From Cladosporium halotolerans (Eukaryota), in NCBI RefSeq assembly GCF_011745625.1, contig NW_027191492.1, positions 1-64,000 of the forward strand: a stretch of DNA of 64,000 bases, given 5' to 3'. Below are positions 12,323 to 23,552 of this stretch, one piece after another. The position numbers and the translations under genes are program-made. Below the pieces are notes generated by a model. That model was given only the letters and a program-made list of their open reading frames with translations, searched no databases and was not told the origin of the DNA. Position 1 is the first letter of the stretch. Each line of letters starts with the position of its first letter.

Positions 12323-12921
12323 TCAAACCAACTTCCCCCCCTCACCACCCACCTTCCCGCAACAACTCCCCTTGTGCCCCCTCCAATCCCTCCTCTGGCA
12401 CTCCCTCCCACAGTACTTCCGCCCCCCACACCCACCGCAGACCCGCAGGCCCTCCGCTTTCCCGCACCCCGCGCACGTCCCGGGCGGGAACCCGTTGTTC
12501 GGCTCTTGATCGCCTTGCTCGTCGAGGGCTTCGAGCGAGGCGCGCAGCGAGGCGTGCAGCTCGGACGGCTTGGGGTTGTGCTGTTGGGGGAGAGTGGTTA
12601 GCTGTCTGTGGGATGGCTTTGGAGGGGGGTGGGCGGGAGGGCGGGAGGGCGGACGATTGTGCGCTGCGCTTGGAAGGGCGGGGCGGGGTTGGCGAGGAGG
12701 GCGCCGACGGTGGTCACTTGGCCGATTTGGACGTTGAAGGGGAGGCGCTGGGAGGGTTGGGGTTAGGGGCTTTTTTTTTTTTTGTTCTCTTGGGGAGGGG
12801 GGCTTGGGAGGGTGCGTACGACGTCGGGTGGTGGGGAGGTTGGCGGGTTGGAGGGGTTGTGGTTGGGTTTGGAGGGTTTGTTGGTGGGGGGTTTCTTTGG
12901 GTCGGGCTCGTTGGTGGACAT
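12323..12921 (-). CDS. MYND-type zinc finger protein (about 150 aa, 2 introns)
   Basis: Exons 12921-12820, 12747-12655 and 12580-12323; both introns are GT..CTAAC..CAG. The last exon encodes CAGCGKAEGLRVCGGCGGRKYCGRECQRRDWRGHKGSC, a MYND consensus. Confidence 0.85.
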
Positions 12922-13541
12922 GTTGGCGTTGGTGGATGGGGGTTTGTCGGAAGGAGCGGTGTTTGAAGATGGAGTTTGGATTGTGGGAAATGGATGGCTC
13001 GGTTGGAAATGTGTTCTGCTCGAATTTGTTATATGTGAATGTCTATTGCTGCCTAGTGTGTTGTGATTCACCGCCGCTGGTGAATGTGTTTATGAATGCA
13101 TGCATCCGATGAGCTGTGGCACGGAGCCATGTCAAGCTGAGCTGGCGTTTAGGTGGGCCGTGCGAATTGGTTGTATCGCGTTTGCAAGGAACTGCGACGT
13201 ACGAGGTTTAGTGGCGTTGTTGTGGTCGTTGAGAACTGGCGGTCAATCGGTGTCTGCAGGATGCTAAGCATGAATCCGAACAAACAGGAGCTCCCTGCGG
13301 GAAAGATTTTGATCAGATACCCTTAGATACAATGATGCTCTGATTTGACAAGTGACGCCGTTGACACTGCTGGTTGGCGCCAATAATCGACGAGCTTCTG
13401 AACTCCAGATCCCGCGAAGGCCAAGGTGGCTGGTCCAGTCCCCATTTTCCGAAGTTTTAGTTCAACTTCTAAAGGCATGTCTTTCGCTGCATTTCATGGC
13501 TTACTCGCCATCACCATCCACAGCATCCCCATCCAGAACTC

Positions 13542-13991
13542 TCACACGTTCTCGGCACTCCAACCCATCATCTCCCTCGGTAACGCCTTCCGCACCTGCG
13601 GCATGTCTCCCTTCATCATCCGATAGACCATCTCTGACGTCCGCGCCAGCACAACCTCATATGCCCTGCGCGGACTATCGCAGCCCTCGCCCTTCAGGAT
13701 GATCTTCCGGTGGTGCAGGTCCTCGACTCGCTTCTGCGAGACGTTGTTCCGGACGATCATCGCGCAGTGATGGCCGCTGGAATTCCGGGCGAGGATGAGC
13801 TCGAGCTCGTACTCGCCGCGGCTCTTCTCGGCTGTGAAGAGGGGTTTGAAGATGGTGGCGTTGGCGACGATTTGGGCGCGCAGGTCGCTGATGGTGAAGT
13901 CTGCGTAGGAGTCGTTGATGGGGATCGCGGAGTCACCGGATGCGGTTGCCGCGCTGTAGCTTGGTAGGCTGCTGGTTGTTGATTCTGACAT
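13542..13991 (-). CDS. Hypothetical protein (149 aa)
   Basis: ATG-initiated ORF after an A-rich leader, with coding-like codon usage and an 'LPSYSAAT' N-terminus. No family recognised. Confidence 0.65.
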   Translation of the reverse strand: MSESTTSSLPSYSAATASGDSAIPINDSYADFTISDLRAQIVANATIFKPLFTAEKSRGEYELELILARNSSGHHCAMIVRNNVSQKRVEDLHHRKIILKGEGCDSPRRAYEVVLARTSEMVYRMMKGDMPQVRKALPREMMGWSAENV

Positions 13992-14692
13992 GTTGTTGTT
14001 TTGCGTTTTTTGCTCTTTTTCCCCCCTTTAGTCTTTCTCACGTATTTCGTCGTCTGCTATGTTGAGGTATTGGATGACGTCGTGCTGTTATGATTGATTT
14101 TCTTGATCCCGGGCTGAGCAATATTTTAATCACAGGGACATTGTTTTTGCGCAATATTGTTGGAAGTCAGACACTAAGTACTCAATATCTCGTCGTTCCT
14201 TTGTTGTAGGTAGCACAGTTCGCGACATGTCGGTCACGACAATTGTGGAGCCAAACTTCGGGAGAATCGATGGGAGTGCCGGCTGAATCCTTCCTGAATC
14301 GCCCGATCTTTGGGATCTGTAACCCCATCCTCGTTTCAGATGTTTGGTGAGCCGAGGTTTTGTTCGTTGGTCGATTATCTAGAAAATATGCAATGCAGTG
14401 TGATGATTTTCTCATAGTAGTCATTTCTTGTACTGCCATGACCGAAAACTGAATCTGCCGAGCTTGATGGTAATGTCCTTTCCGCTTCGCTTTTCGACCT
14501 CAACAGACGGCAAAACCAAAGGAATTTCGTCGCGAACATATCTTCCGGCCTTCGCATCCTTGATACTCCCCAGTGGACGTCGGATTCATCTTCGGAATGA
14601 CGTTTGCCTGCGATCCGGCCGCGAATCTGGAGGACGGCAACATAAGAAGGCTGTTTTGATGCCAGAGCAGCCAAATAATGCCCTTTCATTTT

Positions 14693-15397
14693 TCAGCCCT
14701 CCACCGCCTTCACACCAGCATCATCCGTCACAAGCTTTGCCTCGTTGAAGTCCTCCGTCGTCGGCAGCTCGATGTGCACATTCGACGCCACCGCCATCTG
14801 CATGCTGACCTCCTCAGCCTTGACCTCCAGCACATGTCCGCCCGCCGACCTCTCATCGTTGACGAAATGCAAATGCTCGCCGGCAACGCCGAAACCCTGC
14901 CAATTGGTCGGCGTCCGGATACCGATGATCGTCCCCTCGACGTCGCGATACTCTTCCACGGACTGCTTCTTGCCCAGCTCCGACAGCGGCTCGCCCTTGT
15001 AGCTCTGCCCGCGCACTGTCCTGCACTTCAAGTACTCGAAGCGGCCGTGGATACGGTACGTCATGAAGAGGTTCTTGGCCCGGGCGTTGAAGGCGTCCAG
15101 CGCTTCGTCGATGGTCTCTTTGCGCGGTAACGCGACGGAGACGGTGTGCTGGGCTTCGAACTGCGTGCTGACGGCGAACGGAATCTGCTCGTCGGGATTG
15201 ACTTCGCGCACGTTGCCTTCGGCTTGCAGTTGGTAGATCTTGCCGTCGAGGAAGAGGAGCTCGCCGTTCATGCGTGCGAAGGTCCCGAGGCCTTGGTTGC
15301 CTTTTGATGAGAGCTTGGAAGCTGTGATACCGGTCTCGCTCACACCGTCCATGAGGGCGTTGAGGAGTGAGAATTGATAGATGTGGTTGGGCTCCAT
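14693..15397 (-). CDS. Alpha-acetolactate decarboxylase (BudA/AlsD family)
   Basis: 'IYQFSLLNALMDG', 'GNQGLGTFARMNGELLFLDGKIYQ' and the Zn-binding 'GEHLHFV...GGHV'. Intronless, 234 aa. Confidence 0.92.
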   Translation of the reverse strand: MEPNHIYQFSLLNALMDGVSETGITASKLSSKGNQGLGTFARMNGELLFLDGKIYQLQAEGNVREVNPDEQIPFAVSTQFEAQHTVSVALPRKETIDEALDAFNARAKNLFMTYRIHGRFEYLKCRTVRGQSYKGEPLSELGKKQSVEEYRDVEGTIIGIRTPTNWQGFGVAGEHLHFVNDERSAGGHVLEVKAEEVSMQMAVASNVHIELPTTEDFNEAKLVTDDAGVKAVEG

Positions 15398-15785
15398 GGT
15401 GGATGTGGATGGCGCTGTAGTGGTGTGTGAGTGTGTTGCTGTCAGTACTCCAAGAGAGAGTTGGTCGCGTTGAAGATGTTATGGCAACAAATGGAACCTC
15501 TACTTGACCTCAAAGGATCTCGAACCTAAACAATATGTACGCCACTTTGCAGACGAACTGTAAGAGCGAGGTCGAGCCGAATCGATCCGCATCGATACTC
15601 TGTTGATGATGGTATGGCCTGAGATGTGCGCCGTCGTGCTCACGAATTGCCCACTCCTCGTCAGTCCGCTTTCGTCATTGTTGATCGCAAAGGTTCGCAT
15701 ACGGACTTTGACACTCCAACTTTAACTGATCATGTAGAAAGTCACATTCTACCACCGCAGCCGATACTGGTTGCACAGAATATCG

Positions 15786-16622
15786 ATGGCGCAAAAGCGC
15801 AAACACCCGGACGATTCGGTTGGCGCTGACCCCTCCGAGGCTGCCATCTATCGCTCTTCGCCGGTCGAAGACCGCGACTCGATCTTCATCGGTCTATTCT
15901 CGCCTACAATTGCTCCAAAGGGGTTGCAGAAGCTCAAAGAAGTCAAGAACGCCAGTCATTGTATGGTAGCGTGGCGGCGCGAGAGCAACCAACAATCGCT
16001 CACCAGCACCAAACAGTATGTCACGGGCCACGATGATGACGGGGAGAAATACGGCGGTAAGAGAGTGGAGCAGGTCATGGTCAACATGAAGGCCGTCGGG
16101 GCTTGTGTGGTTGCGCGCTGGTATGGAGGGACCATGCTTGGGCCTGTCAGGTTCACGCACATTGAAACGTGCGCTAGCGAAGCGGTTCGGTCATGGTTGA
16201 ACCACACTGGAGAGGAGCAGGCGAAGAAAAGGAAGGTCGAAGAGGAGGCTGCAGAGAAGGAGAAGTTGGTCAAGGCGCTTGGTGCAAGGGACCAGAGTAT
16301 TGGTGTGCTGAGAGCGCTTGCTGTGGAGAAGGAGACGCAGGCAAAAGAAGCGAAAGAGACAGACCATGGGAAGACTCGCGCGGTAGAAGGTCAAGCTGTC
16401 GTTGTCGATGCAAAGCGTGAAAATGCTCCACCGTCTTCAAGCAATCCCTCGAGCTCGCAGCCTGCGGTCATTGACTATGACGCGATGACGGTAGATCGCC
16501 TTCGCGCTCTTGATAAGGCGAGGGATGCAACCCTCTCGTTTCTGCTGAAGCGTATAGACAAAGCCGAGGCTGCATTGGCTGCCATAGACAAGAAAAAAGA
16601 GCAGGAAGAAAGACCTCCGTGA
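15786..16622 (+). CDS. IMPACT/UPF0029 (YigZ-like) domain protein with C-terminal coiled coil
   Basis: 'EDRDSIF', 'ASHCMVAWR', 'DDDGEKYGG' and 'VVARWYGGTMLGPVRFTHI'. Confidence 0.88.
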   Translation: MAQKRKHPDDSVGADPSEAAIYRSSPVEDRDSIFIGLFSPTIAPKGLQKLKEVKNASHCMVAWRRESNQQSLTSTKQYVTGHDDDGEKYGGKRVEQVMVNMKAVGACVVARWYGGTMLGPVRFTHIETCASEAVRSWLNHTGEEQAKKRKVEEEAAEKEKLVKALGARDQSIGVLRALAVEKETQAKEAKETDHGKTRAVEGQAVVVDAKRENAPPSSSNPSSSQPAVIDYDAMTVDRLRALDKARDATLSFLLKRIDKAEAALAAIDKKKEQEERPP

Positions 16623-17374
16623 AGGTTGCTGTGTATAGCCTGCTCAAACGCAACTACCAGGACTACGACATTGATCGCGTCTCCGGCGCTTGGTCGGCTA
16701 GTGGCCTTCGCAAGTACACGGTAATCGCTCAATGAGAGCCTTCCAAGTGACGAACAATCTTGGCCTTTCGTGCTGGCACGCTTAGTGAAATTTTTTGCGA
16801 AGGGGGGTTCATGAGGTCGCTACCTAATACCACCTGAGACTCGATCGCGATTTGGGTCTCATGATGGCAGCGATGAAGTTCACAACAGAAATGGGGACCT
16901 ATCGAAGCCAGAGGAAACGCTGGGAGATTCAAACGTTGGCGCAAGGAGTTGACGACGAGGTGCAGTTCCTTTCAAGGTTTCTAAGAGGACCCGGTTGTAG
17001 GGTCGGGTATATCGGTTGTAAGCATCGTTCAAAGAAATACCCTTTGTAGAAACTATTTATAGTCTTCATTGCACCGATCAATGTTGACCGCCAAGATGTT
17101 CAAGGAGCAACAATCGATTTTGCAAAACAATCAGCGAATGTATTCCACGTTATTTTTGGCGTCACTGATGGCTGAAGAATGTCAAGGCAGTTGCGCACCT
17201 GCAGCGGCCGGCAGCCAGCCAGCTCGAGCTTCATTGTCGCATCCCCAGATCGTCACCAACGCCGATCACCTACAAACACCTGGCCTGACCACTAGACACC
17301 TAACAAACGCAGCAAACTACCACTCACATTCCACATGCACACCATAACAACATAGCCCGCCGATATCAGGCACA

Positions 17375-18991
17375 ATGAAACATTTCTGGGCGCTCCCCGC
17401 CTTGCTGCGCCCCGCGATCGTCCTCGCCTCGCAACACGGCTTCAGCGTTCACGACGACATCCTCGCTTTCCCGCAATACGAAGTACACTTCTCCGAGGAA
17501 TACGTGTCGGAAGAACAAGCGCAGTCGCTGCTCAAAAAGAGTGGCCAATCAGACATAAAGGCGGAATCAGACGTTGAGCACTACACTGGGCGATCGCATC
17601 CCGGCAACCGCGAGGATGGGGCCGAATCGGCGGAATTGGCGCTGGAATACGAGTTGATGTTGCACCACAAACAGCGATATCTGTGCTCAATACCGCAGGT
17701 TGAGAAGCCCGAAGAACAGCAGGCGGGCGAGAACGACACGGTGTCCAAAGCCGAGCAGGAGAAAGAGCTGGCGCGCGCAAACGATCGCGGCTGGGAGTTG
17801 CTGTCGGGCATGCATGGAAATTGCATATACTATATGTCGGGTTGGTGGAGCTATCGCTTTTGCTACAACCAGGACGTTAAGCAATTCCATCAGCTCCCGC
17901 CAGCGAGGGGCATGCCGGTGTTTCCTCCGGTGGAGGATCCGAACTCGCAAGGTTACCTGCTCGGGCGGTATGATGAGAAGAAGGCGCGGCAGCAGGCGAA
18001 GAAGCAAATCGAGGAGAAGTGGGAGGGAGAGGGTGCGTTGGAGATTAGCGAGCACGCGACGAGGAAGACGGGCGGGCAGGGCGAGCTGGTCACAAGAGGA
18101 GAGTCAAGATACCTGGTCCAGAAGCTTGAAGGCGGGACGGAGTGCGATCTTACTGGCAAACAGAGGAGGATCGAAGTCCAGGTGAGTTCTCCTGGTTGTG
18201 CGCGACCTAACAGTAGCATGTTTTGCTAACGACTTCACAAGTATCATTGCAACCCTTCCATCGGCGCCGATCGCATCTCGCTGATCAAGGAGACTTCAAC
18301 CTGCGCCTACCTCATGGTCATCCAGACGCCGCGACTCTGCAACGATGTCGCTTTCCAACCGCCTCAGAAGGACGCAGCAAATGGCATCGCCTGCCGTCCG
18401 GTGCTTCTCCCCGAGGAAGCGGAAACCTACGAACACAACCAGAAAGCCTACACTTCCGCCGTCAAGTCTGCCGTCCAAGAGGCGCAGATCTGGGAGTCGG
18501 ATCCCGACGCCGCGGCGGCTTTTGGGATGGAACACATGCTCGGCGAGGAAGACATTCAGGTGGTTGGGGACATTATCATCGGCGGCCACGCCATTGTACC
18601 GGAAGACGTGAAGATCGAACGCTCGGCTATCGTTGGTGGTGGTAAGGAGAAATATGTGGATACAATTGCAAGCTCGTGGGGCAAGACCTTGAAGAAGGAG
18701 GATTTGGAGAAGCTGGGGTTGACGGATACGAAGACGTACGAGGCCCTGAAGAAGGAGCTGGAGAATGTCGCCAAGGGCGAGAAGTGGAAGTTGGATGTCG
18801 TCGATACGCCCAGAGGGAGGGAGTATCGAGGCATTTACGGCAAGGACGTTGAAGAGGACGAGAGTGGGGACGAAAAGAAGAAGACAGAAGGCACTGCTTC
18901 TCCCGAGAATGAGGAGAAGAATCCTGAAGGTAATAATGAAGGTGACGGAGAGCAAGGCAGCGAGGAGGAATACTTCAAGGAAGAACTCTGA
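17375..18991 (+). CDS. YOS9: ER lectin OS-9/Yos9 (ERAD), 1 intron 18182-18241
   Basis: Signal peptide, 'FSVHDDILAFPQYEV', MRH domain 'CIYYMSGWWSYRFCY...QFHQ', 'GGTECDLTGKQRRIEVQ|YHC...KETSTCAYLMVIQTPRLCNDVAF', and C-terminal KEEL retention-like signal. Confidence 0.93.
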
Positions 18992-19530
18992 GCAGGTTCT
19001 TCTTCTTTTGCTAGCGTTTCTGCGTGCGATGAATTACACGAATGCATACCTGTCGAATACCTCTGAACTACGAAGCAGTGTCGAAATTTCTATCTTCAAC
19101 GGTTGCAGTCGTCCAAACGATTAAGAACGAAGCGAAGGTGGAGGGTGCCCAAGATGCAGGTCTTCATTTGCAAATATCCTACACGGCCTTGGCTTAGTAC
19201 TCGCCCATGGACACTGGTTAGCACGGTTTTGAATCTCGCTCTATCACCCAGGGCCTGTCTGCACATCTTTCCAGGTCATTCTTCAGCCTGGTTGAATAGT
19301 CAGCCCTTGGGTTAGCAGTCAGATCGCTCCGCATGGCTCGGAGGACGTCGGTGCTACTTTACGCTCATCGCCTTCACGATTTGACCATTCAAAGATGGAT
19401 GAGAAGTGATCGAAATTTTCGTGTTTCTTATCGAGATCACCAACCAATGGTAGATGTGAATATTACGATTAACTAATGATTGCCTGGTGTGCGTAGCAAT
19501 CGAGCACCATGATGGCACATGGAGGTGAAC

Positions 19531-19604
19531 ATCAAGGTCCACGACCATTGAGATGCCCTCGATTACCACACTTTGCTGCGGCCATCAAGGTGAACGACCA
19601 CTGA
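19531..19604. promoter_or_regulatory. Duplicated 21-bp element containing CAAGGT (candidate ZafA/Zap1-type zinc-response elements)
   Basis: atcaaggtccacgaccattga (19531) and atcaaggtgaacgaccactga (19584), 85-155 bp upstream of the CobW ATG. Confidence 0.55.
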
Positions 19605-19687
19605 AATAAAGGTGATTACGACCTGCTGACCACATGGATGTCTGTTGTTTCTGACGTTCACATTGCTCATACACAGTGCCTGTCAAA

Positions 19688-21544
19688 ATGAAGCGAGCTC
19701 ACAATCCTCAGACCCTTCCGGTGACGCTGCTCTCGGGCTTTTTGGTATGTGGCAATTAGGGACTGATCAAAACTCAGAGCAAGCATAGGATTAACAATTT
19801 CTCCAGGGATCTGGAAAAACAACGCTCCTGCAACACATTCTCCGCAGCGAGCATGGATTGCGTATTGCAGTCATTGTGAATGACATTGGCGCGTAGGTTG
19901 CTCTTAGACCTTACACAAATGGTTTCATGACTGACAGGAATATCGCAGTGTCAACGTCGACGCCTCGCTCATCCGCAGCAGCCATCGCTTGACGAAAACA
20001 GAAAGCAAGGTCGTTGCCCTGCAGAATGGCTGCATTTGCTGCACCCTGCGAGGCGATCTTCTCGAAGAGCTCATGCGCCTCGCTGAGCTCGCGGAGTTCG
20101 ACTACGTGATCATTGAGAGCAGCGGCATCAGCGAGCCTGAGCAGGTTGCCGAGACTTTCGATGTGCGTCTTGCGGAGCAAATCAGCAATGTTGGCGAAGG
20201 CCCGGAAGGTCTCGACGAGAGCACTATCGCCATGCTGAAGCGTCTCAAAGACGCTGGCGGCGTCGAGAAGTTCGCTCGTCTCGATACGACATGCACAGTC
20301 ATCGACGCTTTCACTATGTTTCACGACTTCGAAACCGTCGACCTGCTTTCGTCGCGGCGAGACGATGTCACACCGGAAGACGAGCGCACCGTGTCTGACC
20401 TCATGGTCGACCAAATCGAGTTTGCAGATGTGATCGTTTTGAACAAGATCGACTCCGTCAACGCCACGAAACGCAAGTCGATTCACTCTTTAATCAAGAA
20501 GCTGAACCATCGCGCCAAGGTCATTGAATGCAACTACGGCAAGGTCCCGGTCTCCGAGATCGTCAATACCGGAATGTTCAACATCGAGTTAGCTCAGACC
20601 GGATACGGCTGGTTGCAAGACCTGCATGCCATGACCGTTCGGGAAATCAACGGCCGCAAGATGGTCACTCCAAAACCTGAAACAGAAGAGTGAGCGAAGC
20701 ACTTTGGTCGTTACTGTCATCTTGCTAACAGACAGCCAGGTACAACGTGCAAAATTTCGTCTACGTCCGCCGCCGCCCGTTCCACCCTCGTCGTCTGTTC
20801 GAGTTCATCCACGACAAGTTTATTCTGCAACATCCGGAAGTGGAAGAGGACGATGATGAGGACGAGGAAGACGAAGAAGACGAAGACGAGGACGCCAAGA
20901 TGGAAGATGCAGATGGAGCTGAAGTATCGGATTCTGACGAAGGTAGCTCAGCTACCGCAGGCAAAGACGAAGGCTCCAGCGCGCGGGATTCGGCTTCTAG
21001 CGCTTCCAGCCCTCCGTCTAGTGAGGCGGATGAGGATAAAGACGACCCTCCATTGGAGATTCCTGACCCGTCTGTTGTACTCGCCAACAAGAAGGCAAAC
21101 CCTCTGCTGTCTCGACTCTTCCGTTCGAAGGGCGAGTACTGGCTTGCGACGCGCCCTAACCAGGCCGGTGAATGGTCGCAAGCTGGCGCGATGCTGACTC
21201 TCGCTGGCGGAAGGAAATGGTTCTGTCTGTGCGAAAAGGAAGAATACGAGACCGGCAACCCAGAGATCGATGAGATGGTGCTTCATGACATCAAGAAGGG
21301 CGGCGAATGGGGTGATCGCAGGCAGGAGCTCGTGTTCATCGGTGAGAAACTCGACATCCCAGCTTTGGAAGCTGTCCTGGATAAATGTCTTCTCAACGAT
21401 GAGGAATGGAAGCACTGGGAAACTGCGATGCGCGGTGATGCCAAGGGCAAGGTAAATGGAGAGGAGTTATTGAACGATCTTTTCGACGATGGATTTCCTG
21501 ATTGGGCTGACGACACTGAAGTCGACGATGGACATATGCATTAA
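19688..21544 (+). CDS. CobW/COG0523 (ZNG1-like) metal-chaperone GTPase, 3 introns
   Basis: '[18 protein letters not shown]', 'IAVIVNDIG', '[12 protein letters not shown]', '[10 protein letters not shown]', '[15 protein letters not shown]' and CobW_C 'RRPFHPRRL...RSKG...[11 protein letters not shown]'. Confidence 0.95.
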
Positions 21545-22037
21545 TGAGTGCAATGGATACGTCTTTCTTTGAACAAAAGTTTTAGCATTACAAAATTTAT
21601 CACAATTCATCATGGCATTGATGCGACTACAATGTGAGTGATCCATTTCGCATTTGATGTTGCCCAGCTCAGGCAAAAACGCCAAATTTTATAGCGACTG
21701 CTTTCCCCTAGTCATCACCACCTAGGGGCCCAACCGTCACTGTCTCATGCATAGTTAGAAGCGGTGATGGATGTTGCCAATTGCTAGCCATTCAGATCCA
21801 GGTAATGTGCTACCTGGTGTCTGCGCTGAACACTATCATACTTGCCGTCGGACGGGGTTCCGGGATGTGTGAAGATCCGGGTGGAGCTTCAGCCAATGGC
21901 CCCTCTCATGTTCGGCATGCTTCCCGATCATCTCTTATGTACATTTATGAATATATTACTGAAGCATCTCGTGGCAATCACGATAGTCCAAATACTGCAC
22001 TCTTTCTTTGAGTATCGTCTGGCAGATGTTCTTCGAG

Positions 22038-22990
22038 ATGGCCGAAGAGAAGCGCGCTCTGCGGTTGGCAATTCTCGGAAGTGGTGAGTTTTTTGAGGCG
22101 GACAGTGGGAGAGATATAGATTGTCATGCTTGTAACTGGTCGCTGACCAATATCTTGTAGGATTCATGGGCACATCGATCCTAAAAGGCCTACTCAACGA
22201 CAAAGGAAGGGCTTCAGATGGATTCGAACTTTCGTTCACGGCGTGCGTACGCTCGGAGGCTTCGTTGAGCCGACTCGAGCGAGCACTTGGTCCAAGTGCC
22301 AGCAAAGTCTCTTGCCACGTCGGATCATTCACCGAAGCTGCTCGTCAGTCAGATATTATCATGTTGGGTGTCCCTCCAGGTGAATTGGATGCGCTCTCGA
22401 AAATACCTGGGCTTGCAGATGTATCAAAGGGAAAGCTTATTGTCAGTCTCCTGGCAGGCGTATCTTGCAATCAGGTGGTCGTTACTTTCGCCAGAAGCAG
22501 CGGATCCAACGAAGCAGACTATCAATCGAATGTTGCACGAGTTATTCCTACGATCGCTGCTCAGGTCGGAGACTCGGTGTCACTCATCGCCGATACTGAG
22601 GGCATTTGCCCAAAGCAGCACCAATTATGCAATCAGCTATTCCAGAGGATTGGAACAACGCAACATCTCCCGGAGAACCTGATGAACAAAGCAACCGCGA
22701 CTGGTGCTGTATGTCATGCTATCGCTATTACCGCAGTCGATGCAGCAGTGGACGCAAGCGTTTCGAAAGGTCTGCCTCGAGCCACCGCTCTCAGCTTAGC
22801 AGCGAACAGCCTACGCAGCGCGGCAAGTCTACTTGGTGGCGAGATGACTCCAGAGGAGTTGAAAGCAGCCATGTCTGTACCCTCGGGAATCACGATCAAT
22901 TCGATGCTGAAGCTGGATCGAGCAAACATGCGGTATGCTGTAGAGGACACAGTTGGTGAAGCGATAGACTATGCACGTAGCATGGCCTAA
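22038..22990 (+). CDS. Pyrroline-5-carboxylate reductase-like oxidoreductase (divergent; 1 intron about 22084-22160; alternative in-frame ATG at 22026)
   Basis: Rossmann 'LAILGSG|FMGTSILKGLL', 'SDIIMLGVPP', 'LIVSLLAGVS', 'GLPRATALSLAANSLRSAASL' and 'ELKAAMSVPSGIT'. Confidence 0.85.
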
Positions 22991-23309
22991 AAATGGGAGC
23001 GCAAAGGATGCTGTTTAGGTGAGGTAGTCAGGGTATTCCAGCGGTTTCTAGAAATGACTCATTCTCGCTGTATGCCCAGATGCTCCTTCGAGCGCACCTT
23101 AGACCTTTGGATTGTTTGCAACATGCCGCAGGTAGGAATCAGAGATGAATTGAGGTCACATTGCGCGAAGATTAAGAGACAAACATCTTGACCAGGTTCC
23201 ACGTCCGGGAAGATATACAAGGGTTGTCCAATCAACTCAGCCGGGCCCCGGACTCAAGATGACCTGGGCATTTGAAAGTGCCCAGCAACGCCGCGTCGGA
23301 TGTTGGTCA

Positions 23310-23552
23310 CCTAACTTATACTTATATAATAGTAGTTACTTAGGATAATAGTCCTAATATACTACTAATAGTAAGAGCTTTTAGAACTATAGAGTTCGAT
23401 CTTAGGCTAATAATAAAGAGAAACCAAAGTTTGCTATAGCTTATTTCGTATTTATAAGTTATGAAGAAAGAAAATAGCTAGTATAAGTATATTAGCTAGA
23501 TTTCTGTTTAATCATAATATGCTAGACCAAGGCTTTATTAAATGAGCACTAC
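23310..23552. repeat. Short AT-rich RIP-degraded repeat relic
   Basis: Abrupt drop in GC with strong TpA/TAG excess and CpA/TpG depletion (ctaacttatacttatataatagtagttacttagg...). Confidence 0.75.
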
